From Tagaea sp. (GTDB lineage: Bacteria; Pseudomonadota; Alphaproteobacteria; CACIAM-22H2): 64,000 bases of DNA. The stretch's first letter is position 1, and the number at the start of each line of letters is the position of its first letter. Positions 37,290 to 46,822 of this stretch are shown here, piece by piece. Location: assembly GCA_965279525.1 (NCBI GenBank), contig CBDIIB010000004.1, positions 1,216,001 through 1,280,000 on the forward strand. Direction: 5' to 3'. The position numbers were made by a program, and so were the translations under genes. The notes beneath the pieces were generated by a model. That model did not search any database and was not told the DNA's origin. It saw only the letters and a program-made list of their open reading frames with translations.

Positions 37290-38200
37290 GCCCGCGCGAT
37301 CCTTTCGATGGCATCGTGCGCGGCATAGGACGCTGCTGCGCCGCGCTTGCGGCAGGCCAATGATCCGGCGGATATCCCCCAGCGCATCGCCGAGGGCATG
37401 TCGCCGTCGACGGCATAACGTCTGGCAAAAGCGCCGACGAACGCATCGCCAGCCCCTGTCGTATCGACGACCTTCGTGGGCGGTGTCGAGAACCGCACGG
37501 GAGCATAGTCGGAATCAGCGAGCCATGCGCCATCGGCCCCGACCGTGACCACCGCCGCCAGCCGGGCAAATCTTCGCAGCGAACTGGCAAGGGCCGACGG
37601 CGTTGCCCGTACCGGCAGTCCCGTCAGGACACGTGCTTCGATCTCATTGGCGATCAGGATGTCCGTCAACCGGAGCAGGCTGGCCGGGATACGGGCAACT
37701 GCCGGTGCCGTATTGAGGAGCGTAACCGCTCCCGCCCTGCGCGCGATCGAGAAAGCCGCTTCGGTTGCCGCGACCGGAACTTCGAACTGGCCGACGACGA
37801 GCGTCGATGCCCGGATGCCGGCACCCATGCGCCGCACATCTGCCGCCGTCAGGCGTGCATTGGCACCCGACGCCACCACGATGCGGTTGCGCCCATCCGT
37901 CTCGACGAGAATCGCCGCAGATCCGGTCGCGACACCGTCCTTGCGGATGACCATGCGGGTGGCGATGCCGCATTTGCGCCAGAGCGAGATCGCCTCCGCG
38001 CCGGCACCATCCGAGCCGACTGCGGCAAGCATGGAGACACGCGCGCCGGCAAGTGCTGCTTGGATCGCCTGATTGCTGCCCTTGCCGCCCGGCCCCTCGA
38101 CGAGATCGGCGCCGATCACGGTCTCGCCGTCGGCGGGCATGCGCCGCATGGCGAAGCTCAGATCGCGATTGTAACTTCCGACGACGACGATGCGCGGCAT
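37286..38200 (-). CDS. rbsK: ribokinase (PfkB family)
   Basis: GSYNRD, PGGKGSNQA, NEIEA and DTTGAGDAF motifs. Start MPRIV. Confidence 0.88.
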   Translation of the reverse strand: MPRIVVVGSYNRDLSFAMRRMPADGETVIGADLVEGPGGKGSNQAIQAALAGARVSMLAAVGSDGAGAEAISLWRKCGIATRMVIRKDGVATGSAAILVETDGRNRIVVASGANARLTAADVRRMGAGIRASTLVVGQFEVPVAATEAAFSIARRAGAVTLLNTAPAVARIPASLLRLTDILIANEIEARVLTGLPVRATPSALASSLRRFARLAAVVTVGADGAWLADSDYAPVRFSTPPTKVVDTTGAGDAFVGAFARRYAVDGDMPSAMRWGISAGSLACRKRGAAASYAAHDAIERIARA

Positions 38201-38269
38201 GGACGGCGGCTCCCTTCCGCCCGAGGATTGCCCTATAGTCGGCCGGATTACCAGTTCGGAGAAGTGCCG

Positions 38270-39178
38270 ATGTCGCAAGACGAAGAGCAGAAGCCGTGGC
38301 AATGGAGCGAGGCGACGTGGCGCGCCATCGTCAACAAGGTGCGGGGCGGCAAGTCGCTGCTGCCCGAGAAGTGGAAGGACGGCGCACGTTGTGCCGTGGC
38401 CCTTTCGTTCGATTCCGACCACGAGACGGGCGAGCTGCGACATGGCGGCAAGTCGTTCGGCAAGCTAAGTCAGGGCGAATACGGAGCGCGTTCCGGCATC
38501 AAACGCATCCTCAAGGTCCTCGACAGGCACGGCGTGCCGGCAAGCTTCTTCCAGCCGGCGGTCTCCGCCCTGCTCCACCCGCAGGAAGTGAAATCTGTCG
38601 TCGGGGCCGGCCACGAACTGGCGATCCACAGCTGGATCCACGAATTCAACAGCACGCTCGGCTACGAGACCGAGCGCGATCTCAATTTCCGCGCGGCCGA
38701 CGTGCTTGAAAAAATCTCCGGCAAGCGCGCCGTCGGCATGCGCACGGCCTCCTGGGATTTCAGCCCCCACACGCTCGGCATCATCCGCGAGATGGGGCTG
38801 CTCTACGATTCCTCGCTGATGGCCGACGACGACCCCTACGAACTGCTCGAGGACGGCAAGCCGACCGGCGTGGTGGAACTGCCGGTCGAATGGATCCGCG
38901 ACGACGCGATCTATTTCAACATGGACCGCATGGCGAGCCTGCGCCCTTACACGGCGCCCGACACGGTCTTCGACATCTTCCGGCGCGAGCTGGAAATGGC
39001 ACATGCCGAAGGCGGTCTCTACGTGCTCACGATGCACCCGCACGTGATCGGTCACCGTTCGCGCGTCTGGATCCTCGAGGAGATCGTGAAACTGGCGAAG
39101 TCACTGCCAGGCACATGGATCGCCACGCACGCCGAGATCGCGGCCTATTGTGCCGCAGCCGGCGGCCTGAAGCGCTGA
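38270..39178 (+). CDS. polysaccharide deacetylase family protein (CE4; PuuE/HpPgdA-like)
   Basis: SFDSD, SQGEYG, HSWIHE, YDSSLM and TMHPHVIG motifs. Confidence 0.88.
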   Translation: MSQDEEQKPWQWSEATWRAIVNKVRGGKSLLPEKWKDGARCAVALSFDSDHETGELRHGGKSFGKLSQGEYGARSGIKRILKVLDRHGVPASFFQPAVSALLHPQEVKSVVGAGHELAIHSWIHEFNSTLGYETERDLNFRAADVLEKISGKRAVGMRTASWDFSPHTLGIIREMGLLYDSSLMADDDPYELLEDGKPTGVVELPVEWIRDDAIYFNMDRMASLRPYTAPDTVFDIFRRELEMAHAEGGLYVLTMHPHVIGHRSRVWILEEIVKLAKSLPGTWIATHAEIAAYCAAAGGLKR

Positions 39179-39182
39179 TCCG

Positions 39183-39932
39183 CTACTTGCCGCCGTCGAC
39201 CTGGAGAACTTGCCCCGTGATCCACGCGGCATGCTCCGAGGCGAGGAACAGAACAGCCTTGGCGATATCCTCGGGCGTACCCAGCCGGCGCATCGCGATC
39301 CGCTCGAGCAGCGCCTTCTGCCCGTCGGGGCCATAGCTCTCCCACTGACGCTCGCTGGCCGGATTCGACCGCACGAAGCCCGGGGCGACAGAATTGACCG
39401 TAATGCCGAACTGGCCGAGTTCGTGGCCAAGCTGGCGCGTCAGGCCGACAAGCGCATGCTTGGACGAGGCGTAGGCCTGGATGCCGGTGAGGCTTACGCC
39501 CAGTCCCGCACCCGACGAGATGTTGACGATCCGCCCGGACCCGCCCTTCTTCATGTGTGGCACAGCCGCCTGCGCAAACGCGAAGGCACCATCGACATTG
39601 ACCTCGAACAGGGCCCGCCATGCATCGGGCGTGATACTCTCGACCGGCTGCCGCACCTGCCCACGCACGCCACCAGCGTTGTTGACGAGAACGTCCACTC
39701 GCCCGGTTGTCGCAGCCGCCTTGTCGACGAAGGCAAAAATAGCTGCCCTATCGGCGATGTCGAATGCCGCCGTCTGCATGCGGCCACCAGAGGTTTCAGC
39801 AAGTTCGCCGGCATCCAAATCGCAGGCGAAAACGCTTGCACCGTCATCGGCGAACGCGCGCGCGATGGCACGGCCGATGCCGTGACCAGCTCCAGTGACG
39901 ACGACGGTCTTGCCCGAGAAATCGAGTTTCAT
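39183..39932 (-). CDS. SDR family oxidoreductase (FabG-like)
   Basis: TGAGHGIG, NNAGG and YASSK motifs. Confidence 0.9.
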   Translation of the reverse strand: MKLDFSGKTVVVTGAGHGIGRAIARAFADDGASVFACDLDAGELAETSGGRMQTAAFDIADRAAIFAFVDKAAATTGRVDVLVNNAGGVRGQVRQPVESITPDAWRALFEVNVDGAFAFAQAAVPHMKKGGSGRIVNISSGAGLGVSLTGIQAYASSKHALVGLTRQLGHELGQFGITVNSVAPGFVRSNPASERQWESYGPDGQKALLERIAMRRLGTPEDIAKAVLFLASEHAAWITGQVLQVDGGK

Positions 39933-40951
39933 GCGCCGACGGCCTTGGCAAGCTCGTCGAGCGTGGCATCATCCAGCGGCCGGCGGCCGTCCTCGACGTC
40001 GTGCACGAAAGCCACGAGGGCGCGGATCGCCGGCGTGTCGACGCCCACTTCCTTGGCGAGGTCCGCGATGATGGCGATCTGTGCGTCGACCTCGGTCTTT
40101 CGCTTGCGGACGGCAAGATCTCGCCAGATGCCGCTATGGGTCTTGGTCGATTTGGCGTTGTGCACGACCATCGCGTCGAGCGAGGCCTGCACGGCCGCAT
40201 CGGAAGCCTCCGGCGTGAACGCCGCCACGTCGAACCCGTTGAAACCTTCGGCACGCACCTTGCGGGCGCGGCCCGCGAGCACCGCCTCGGTCCCGATACG
40301 CCGGTAAAGTGCCTTCCAGCGTGGTTCGGCGAGGGCGTCGGCAATGGACCGGTTCGTCAGTGCAGTCGCGAAAAGCAGCGCGCCGTACCCGAGCTTGCCC
40401 CAGAGATAGCCCCAGATGTTATCGGTCGCGATCGCGCGCGGCTCGAATCGCTGGAACAGCGCCAGCGTTTCGGCCAGACGCGGCGTCGAGCGTCCGTCGA
40501 GTTCGCCGAGCACGACCGCGCCGTAGCCGCCATAGGTGATCCGGCCTGGCTCGAGATAGTCCGCCCCGTAATTGACGAAGCAGCCCATCGTGCGCGCATC
40601 GCCGACCTGCCTTGCGATGGCGATCTCGTTCAGCCCGTTCTGCGCCGATACGACATATCCGTCGTCGGCGAGATGCGGGGCCAGGGCCGCCGCGGCGGCG
40701 ACCGTATGCTGCGCCTTGACCGCCAGCACGATGCGCCCGAAGCGCCCCGGCACGTCGGCCGGAAGGCATGCCTTGGCGGCCACCGTGAAATTGTCGATCG
40801 GCCCCTCGATCGTCAGGCCGGATTTGTTGATCGCCGCGACGTGTTCCGGCACGTTGTCGACGAACAGAACATCGACACCGGAGCGGACGAGATAGGCGCC
40901 GAGCGTGCCGCCGACGGCGCCCGCCCCCCAGATGACAGTCGGGCCGGTCAT
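39929..40951 (-). CDS. ketopantoate reductase (ApbA/PanE) family protein
   Basis: GAGAVGG, AVKA, QNGL, WGKL and RKTEVD motifs. Start MTGPT. Confidence 0.85.
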   Translation of the reverse strand: MTGPTVIWGAGAVGGTLGAYLVRSGVDVLFVDNVPEHVAAINKSGLTIEGPIDNFTVAAKACLPADVPGRFGRIVLAVKAQHTVAAAAALAPHLADDGYVVSAQNGLNEIAIARQVGDARTMGCFVNYGADYLEPGRITYGGYGAVVLGELDGRSTPRLAETLALFQRFEPRAIATDNIWGYLWGKLGYGALLFATALTNRSIADALAEPRWKALYRRIGTEAVLAGRARKVRAEGFNGFDVAAFTPEASDAAVQASLDAMVVHNAKSTKTHSGIWRDLAVRKRKTEVDAQIAIIADLAKEVGVDTPAIRALVAFVHDVEDGRRPLDDATLDELAKAVGA

Positions 40952-41652
40952 TGCGGCCACGGTCCGTTCAGCAGATCGCGGGTTTCGGCGACGGCGACGT
41001 CCCACAGGGCCAGCATCTCAGCATCGTCACGGATGTACCGACCGCCATAGTTCCCGTCGCCAAGCATCTTGCGCGCTTCCGCCGGGCCCAATTGCTTCAG
41101 TTTCTCGATGTCGACCATCGGTTTCTGGACATCCGGATAGGCGACGTTTGCCACACGCGTCCATGGGAAGTTTTCCATCCATGAGGCATGACTGGCGACC
41201 GGATCGATCTCCTTGACCTTCTTCCATGTCTTGGGCGCACACCACCAATTATGGAACTTGACCGCCACGCCGGAATTCTCCGACATCCATTCGAGCGCGT
41301 AGGCGCCCACCGGATTGTTGCCGCCGTGGCCGTTGACGATCATCACGCGCTTGAAACCGCTGCGCTTGATCGAATCGAGGACATCGTTCATCACCGCGAT
41401 CGCCGTCGAGATGCGCAGCGTCACCGTCCCCGGAAACGCCTTGAAGTATGGCGTGATGCCGTAAGACAGCACCGGAAAGACCGGCACGCCGGCGGGCTGT
41501 GCCGCGTCGAGCGACACTTTCTCGGCGAGGATCGCATCGACGCCCAGGCTGAGCTGCGAATGCTGCTCGATGCTCCCGATGGGCAGGACACAGCGATCAT
41601 CGCCCTTGAGGTGGGTTTCGAGCTGCATCCAGTTCATTTCGGTCAGGCGCAT
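40948..41652 (-). CDS. creatininase family amidohydrolase
   Basis: GSIEQH, NGHGGN and HASWMEN motifs. Start MRLTE. Confidence 0.88.
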   Translation of the reverse strand: MRLTEMNWMQLETHLKGDDRCVLPIGSIEQHSQLSLGVDAILAEKVSLDAAQPAGVPVFPVLSYGITPYFKAFPGTVTLRISTAIAVMNDVLDSIKRSGFKRVMIVNGHGGNNPVGAYALEWMSENSGVAVKFHNWWCAPKTWKKVKEIDPVASHASWMENFPWTRVANVAYPDVQKPMVDIEKLKQLGPAEARKMLGDGNYGGRYIRDDAEMLALWDVAVAETRDLLNGPWPQ

Positions 41653-41682
41653 GTCGGAATCCGTCCGTTCGCGAGGGAGAAA

Positions 41683-41714
41683 CCCGCGGACGACGCACGA
41701 GCGCCGTCCGCGGG
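41683..41714 (-). terminator. intergenic stem-loop after binding-protein gene
   Basis: CCCGCGGACG...CGTCCGCGGG 10-bp perfect outer stem, extended inward with one mismatch. Confidence 0.55.
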
Positions 41715-41730
41715 GCATTGCCTTCGGAGT

Positions 41731-43329
41731 TCAGCGTACCGGCTTGATGTTCATCGCAAGCGTGTCCTCGTCGACACGTGCCTTGATGCGGACCTTGGCC
41801 TTCTGCATGGCCCAGGCCGAGCCGACCGACACGATCGGAAGGCGCGGACGGTCCTGGAGAACGAGGGCGTTCGCCTGCTCGAGGAAGGCGCGGCGCTTCG
41901 CGTCGTCGAGTTCGACGGCTGCGTCCTGGAGCAGCTTGTCCATCGTGGTGTTCTTGTAGCCGAGCACGTTGAATGCACCCATCTTGGCCGCCGGATCGTT
42001 CGAGTGCGCGACGGACGAAAGCGTGTAGTGCGCCTCGCCTGTCAGCGTGCCCCAACCCGACATCGACATCGAGAATTCCCCGCGCGTGCGTGCCGGGAAG
42101 AAGACGGCGGCCGGTTGGGCGCTGGCAACCGCGTCGATGCCGACCGATGCCAGCATCTGCGCGATCGACGTTCCGACCTGTGTGTCGCCGGGCAGGCGAT
42201 CTTGCGTGAACGCGAAGCGGATGCGGAAGCCGTTGGGATAGCCGGCATCAGCCAGGAGCTTTTTGGCTGCCGCGACATCGTAGCGGCGTGCCGGCAGGCT
42301 CTTGTTGTAGCCGAAGATCGACGGCGTCACGAGCTGGTTGACCGGAATGCCGAGCCCGTCCATCGAGATCTCGGCGATCGTCTTGCGGTCGATCGCCATG
42401 TCGATCGCCTCGCGCACGCGGCTGTCCTGAAGCGGGTTCTTCGACAGGGCCGAACCGTCCTTGGCCGTGATCTGGCCAGCGGGCGGTACATCGCGCATGT
42501 CGAGTTCGACATTGAAGACGTAGACGGTGCCGATCGTCGAGACTTCGAGCTTCGGATCGCGCTTGAGAGATGCGACATCGGTCGCGGGCACGCGGGTGAT
42601 CAGGTCGAGCTGACCGGCCTTGAGCTGGGCGACGCGCGCGGCATCGTTCGGCACTTCCTTGCGGACATGGCGTGCCCAGGGCTCCTTGGGACCCCAGAAC
42701 GTGTCGTTGCGGTCGAGCACGAGATCGCCCTTCGGCTGCCAGGAAACGTACTTGTACGGTCCCGTGCCGATCGCGGCCTTGCCGGAGTTGAACGCCTCGT
42801 TGGCGTTCTCCTTGGTCAGGCCAGCGGCCGCCTTGTGCGAGACGATGAACAGGCGGATGAAGTCATAGGGAAGAATCGGCGCCGGGCCGTCGGTCTCGAT
42901 ATGGACCGTGTGCGCATCGACAACCTTCACTGCCTTGACTCGGCGCACATAGATTGTCGTCGGGTTCGGACCGGCAACGACAGGAATGCGCTCGATCGAG
43001 AACTTGACGTCCTCGGCCGTGAAGTCCGATCCGTCATGGAACTTGACGCCGCGACGCAGCTTGAACTCCCAGGTCGTCGGATTGAGGACCTTCCAGCTCT
43101 CGGCAAGGCGCGGCTCGACCTCAAGCCCATCACCCGACCAGGTCAACGTGTCGAAAATGTGCTTGAGCGATTCGGCATGCGTGCCGGTCGCCGTGAAATG
43201 CGGATCGATCGAGTCCGGTCCGCCGCGCACGCCGATCGTCAGCGTCTGCGCCGACGCACCTGCCGAGAAGGAAAGCGCCAGGGCGCTCCCGACGAGCGCG
43301 CCGCGCGCCCAATTCGCGTAATGGTTCAT
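41731..43329 (-). CDS. peptide ABC transporter substrate-binding protein (family 5)
   Basis: Signal peptide; LRRGVKFHDG, GTGPYK and RVREAI motifs. Start MNHYA. Confidence 0.92.
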   Translation of the reverse strand: MNHYANWARGALVGSALALSFSAGASAQTLTIGVRGGPDSIDPHFTATGTHAESLKHIFDTLTWSGDGLEVEPRLAESWKVLNPTTWEFKLRRGVKFHDGSDFTAEDVKFSIERIPVVAGPNPTTIYVRRVKAVKVVDAHTVHIETDGPAPILPYDFIRLFIVSHKAAAGLTKENANEAFNSGKAAIGTGPYKYVSWQPKGDLVLDRNDTFWGPKEPWARHVRKEVPNDAARVAQLKAGQLDLITRVPATDVASLKRDPKLEVSTIGTVYVFNVELDMRDVPPAGQITAKDGSALSKNPLQDSRVREAIDMAIDRKTIAEISMDGLGIPVNQLVTPSIFGYNKSLPARRYDVAAAKKLLADAGYPNGFRIRFAFTQDRLPGDTQVGTSIAQMLASVGIDAVASAQPAAVFFPARTRGEFSMSMSGWGTLTGEAHYTLSSVAHSNDPAAKMGAFNVLGYKNTTMDKLLQDAAVELDDAKRRAFLEQANALVLQDRPRLPIVSVGSAWAMQKAKVRIKARVDEDTLAMNIKPVR

Positions 43330-43330
43330 G

Positions 43331-43882
43331 TCACGGTCTCCCTTGGATCTGAGTGGGCCAATTCGGTTTATCGACGATGATCTTTTCGAGCAGCGCCTCG
43401 AGCGTGCGCCGTTCACTTTCGGTCAGTGCACTCGCCATGCCGTTCTCGTGTGCCACAAAAGCCGGCACGGTCCTTGCGACAATGCGCCGGCCGCGCGCGG
43501 TCAGCGTGAGGATGAGGCGCCGCCGGTCCTTCGGGTCCGCCCGGCGATCGATGAGCTTCTTGCGCAAAACCGCGTTGACGCCGCGGCTAAGCGTGTTCTT
43601 CGGCCGGGCAGTCGAGGCGGCGATGTCGTCGGCGGTAATCCCGTCCTTCAGCGCCAGCGCATAGAGCACGATGTGCTCGGGCAGCGTCAGGCGATAGGTG
43701 CGCCAGACCCATTCGTAGACGGTCTGGTTGAAATGGTGGGCGATGAAGTTGACGCGGAACGACAGGCGGCAGGGATTGTTCCAGAGTTTGACGCCGAGCA
43801 TCGGGTGCGGCATCGGCTGGCTCGCCTTGCGACGGCCATCGGCCTGCGCGTTGTCGTCTTTGCGGGCGCGTTTGGATGCCAC
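43331..43882 (-). CDS. MarR family transcriptional regulator
   Basis: KNTLSRGV and DPKDRR..LTARG winged-helix signature. Confidence 0.88.
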   Translation of the reverse strand: MASKRARKDDNAQADGRRKASQPMPHPMLGVKLWNNPCRLSFRVNFIAHHFNQTVYEWVWRTYRLTLPEHIVLYALALKDGITADDIAASTARPKNTLSRGVNAVLRKKLIDRRADPKDRRRLILTLTARGRRIVARTVPAFVAHENGMASALTESERRTLEALLEKIIVDKPNWPTQIQGRP

Positions 43883-43942
43883 CGTGCCTCCCCGGAACGG
43901 CGGGAACCTTGACGCATGCGCGAAGGGGCTGTCAAGATGGTG

Positions 43943-43956
43943 GTTCTAGATGGAAC
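43943..43956. promoter_or_regulatory. putative MarR operator in divergent promoter region
   Basis: GTTC-TAGATG-GAAC inverted repeat within TGGTTCTAGATGGAACTA. Opposed TTGAC/GTCAA -35-like elements at about 43909 and 43931. Confidence 0.45.
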
Positions 43957-44007
43957 TATTTCTCCTTGGACGGCCGCGCGCCCGGCAGGCGACCGGCTAG
44001 TGGCGCG

Positions 44008-44982
44008 ATGATAGGCTTTTTCATCCAACGCCTTGTGCAGGCGCTGATCGTGATGCTCATCATTTCGGCACTCGTGTTTGCCGGGGTGTACGGCATCGGC
44101 AATCCGATCGACGTGCTGCTTTCCCCGGACGCCACGCACGCGATCCGCGAGGCGACGATCCGTGCCTACGGCCTCGACCAGCCGCTCTGGATCCAGTACC
44201 GCGATTTCCTGCTGCGCTTGGCCGTCGGCGATTTCGGCCGCTCCTTCGTCTTCAACATGCCGGTACTCGACCTGATCCTGTCGCGCCTGCCCGCCACGCT
44301 CGAACTCACGATCGCCGCCGTCTTCGGAGCGACCGCACTTGGCGTGCCGCTGGGCATGTACGCCGGTTACCGGCCGGACAGCATGGCCGCCAAATCGATA
44401 ATGGCGTTTTCGGTTCTCGGTTTCTCGGTGCCGACCTTCTGGATCGGTCTCGTGCTGATACTGGTCTTTGCGGTCGAACTTGGCTGGTTGCCGGCCGGCG
44501 GACGGGGCGATACCGCGATGCTGTTCGGCGTGCCGTGGAGCTTCCTGACGTTCGACGGATGGAGCTATCTCGCTTTGCCGGCGCTGAACCTGTCGCTGTT
44601 CAAGTTCGCGATGATGGTACGCCTCGCGCGCGCTGGCACGCGCGAGGCGATGCTCGGCGACACGGTCAAGTTCGCGCGTGCGGCCGGGGAGAGCGAAGCG
44701 ACGATCCTGCGCCATCACGTGCTGCGCCTGATCGCGATCCCGATCGTGACGGTGTTCGGCCTAGAGTTCGGCTCGACACTCGCCTTCGCGGTCGTGACCG
44801 AGACGATTTTTTCGTGGCCAGGCGTCGGCAAGCTCATCATCGACAGCATTTCCACGCTCGACCGGCCGGTCATGGTCGCCTACCTGATGCTGGTGGCGTT
44901 CCTTTTCATCTTCATAAATTTCTTCGTTGATATCGCCTATGCGGCCCTCGATCCGCGCCTGCGCGCCGGGCGGGCGAAGTGA
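44008..44982 (+). CDS. peptide ABC permease (DppB-like)
   Basis: GLDQP, GDFGRS, LPATLEL and LDPRLR motifs. Start MIGFF. Confidence 0.9.
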   Translation: MIGFFIQRLVQALIVMLIISALVFAGVYGIGNPIDVLLSPDATHAIREATIRAYGLDQPLWIQYRDFLLRLAVGDFGRSFVFNMPVLDLILSRLPATLELTIAAVFGATALGVPLGMYAGYRPDSMAAKSIMAFSVLGFSVPTFWIGLVLILVFAVELGWLPAGGRGDTAMLFGVPWSFLTFDGWSYLALPALNLSLFKFAMMVRLARAGTREAMLGDTVKFARAAGESEATILRHHVLRLIAIPIVTVFGLEFGSTLAFAVVTETIFSWPGVGKLIIDSISTLDRPVMVAYLMLVAFLFIFINFFVDIAYAALDPRLRAGRAK

Positions 44983-45857
44983 CCGGAACGACGCCTCTCG
45001 GCCGCTTCTGGTCCGAATTCCGCGAGAATCGCGTGGCGCTTGCGTCCCTCGGCGTGGTGCTGGCGATTGTCGGCGTGGCGGTTTTCGCTCCGATCGTGGC
45101 ACCGCAGGACCCGTACGATCTTGCCACCCTAGTGCTCGCCGATGCCCGTCGACCACCGGGGTTCCTTGGAACCAAGGGGTTCGTCCACTGGCTAGGTACC
45201 GACGCGCAGGGGCGCGATCTCCTTTCGGCGATCCTTTACGGCTTGCGCGTGTCGTTGCAGGTCGGCCTGGCGGCGGGAACCTTCGCTTTCGTTGTCGGTG
45301 CATCGATGGGAGCCGTTGCCGCGTTCGTCGGCGGCCGGATCGAGATGCTCATAATGCGTTTCATCGACCTGCAGCTCTCCTTCCCGGCCATCTTGCTGGC
45401 GCTCGTCCTCGTGGCCGTGCTCGGGCCGGGAAAATGGCAGTTGATTGCCGCCCTGGTCACCGCGCAATACGCCTACTTCGCGCGTACGGCGCATGGGGCC
45501 GCGTCGGCAGAACGCTCGAAAGACTATGTCGTAGCGGCGCTTTCCACGCCCCTGTCCGCCCGGCGGGTCGTCTTTCGCCACATCCTGCCCAACTGCCTGC
45601 CGCCGCTGATCGTCGTGGCGACGGTACAGGTCGCCAATTCCATCGCGCTTGAGGCCACCCTCTCCTTCCTCGGTCTCGGCCTGCCGGTGACGGAGCCGTC
45701 GCTGGGCATGCTGATCGCCAACGGATTCCAGTACATGTTGTCGGGACGATACTGGATCTCGATCTATCCGGGCGTGGCACTGATCGTGCTGATCGTCGCG
45801 ATCAACCTCGTCGGCGACCAGATCCGCGACCAGCTCAACCCGAGGCTCCGCCGATGA
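44979..45857 (+). CDS. peptide ABC permease (DppC-like)
   Basis: LGTDAQGRD, HILPN and EATLSFLG motifs. Confidence 0.9.
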   Translation: MTGTTPLGRFWSEFRENRVALASLGVVLAIVGVAVFAPIVAPQDPYDLATLVLADARRPPGFLGTKGFVHWLGTDAQGRDLLSAILYGLRVSLQVGLAAGTFAFVVGASMGAVAAFVGGRIEMLIMRFIDLQLSFPAILLALVLVAVLGPGKWQLIAALVTAQYAYFARTAHGAASAERSKDYVVAALSTPLSARRVVFRHILPNCLPPLIVVATVQVANSIALEATLSFLGLGLPVTEPSLGMLIANGFQYMLSGRYWISIYPGVALIVLIVAINLVGDQIRDQLNPRLRR

Positions 45858-46822
45858 CGGCGTTGCTTGAAGTTCGCGATCTTTCCACACACTTTGCCAC
45901 CCGCGCCGGCGTGCTGAAGGCCGTCGATGGCGTCAGCTTCTCGATAGCATCGGGTGAGATCGTCGGGCTGGTCGGCGAATCCGGTTCCGGAAAATCGGTG
46001 ACCGGCTTCTCGATCCTCGGGCTCGTCGATCCGCCGGGGCGTATCGTAGGCGGGTCGGTTCGTCTGGACGGCAACGAGCTCGTCGGACTGCCAGCCGAAG
46101 AGCTGCGTGCCCTTCGCGGCCGACGCATGGCGATGGTCTTCCAGGATCCGTCGACGACGCTCAATCCCGTGCTGACGATCGCGGTCCAGATGCGCCTGGC
46201 GCTGGAAGCGCACGATCGGGTCGGGGCCGTCGCGGCGCGCGCGCGCGCGGTCGAGCTGCTCGGACGCGTCGGCATTCCCGATCCGGCCAACCGGCTCGAC
46301 AGCTATCCGCACCAGTTGTCCGGCGGCATGCGCCAGCGCGTCGCGATCGCCATCGCATTGCTCAATCGCCCGGCGCTGATCATCTGCGACGAGCCGACGA
46401 CGGCGCTCGACGTGTCGATCCAGGCCCAGATCCTGACCGAAATGAAGATGCTGGCGGCAGAGTCCGGCACGGCACTCGTCTGGATCAGCCACGATCTTGC
46501 GACCGTGTCGGTTCTCGCGAGCCGCATCCTCGTGATGTACGCCGGCCGCGTCGTCGAAGAGGGGCCAACGGCGGAGGTGCTGCGCGCACCGCGCCATCCC
46601 TATACGCGAGGCCTGCTGGATTCCCTGCCGTCGATCGCCGAACCCGGGCAGGAGTTGCGCCAGATCCCCGGCGCGATGCCGTCGCTCATCGCCCTGCCGC
46701 CGGGCTGCGCCTTCGCTTCCCGCTGCACCTACGCCGACGCCGGCTGTACCGTCATGCCCGAGATGCGCCGCAATGCCACGCGCGGCGTTCGCTGCCACAA
46801 GCCGCTTGGTGGCTTCCCATGA
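45854..46822 (+). CDS. peptide ABC ATPase (DppD-like)
   Basis: GESGSGKS and LSGGMRQR motifs. Confidence 0.9.
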   Translation: MTALLEVRDLSTHFATRAGVLKAVDGVSFSIASGEIVGLVGESGSGKSVTGFSILGLVDPPGRIVGGSVRLDGNELVGLPAEELRALRGRRMAMVFQDPSTTLNPVLTIAVQMRLALEAHDRVGAVAARARAVELLGRVGIPDPANRLDSYPHQLSGGMRQRVAIAIALLNRPALIICDEPTTALDVSIQAQILTEMKMLAAESGTALVWISHDLATVSVLASRILVMYAGRVVEEGPTAEVLRAPRHPYTRGLLDSLPSIAEPGQELRQIPGAMPSLIALPPGCAFASRCTYADAGCTVMPEMRRNATRGVRCHKPLGGFP

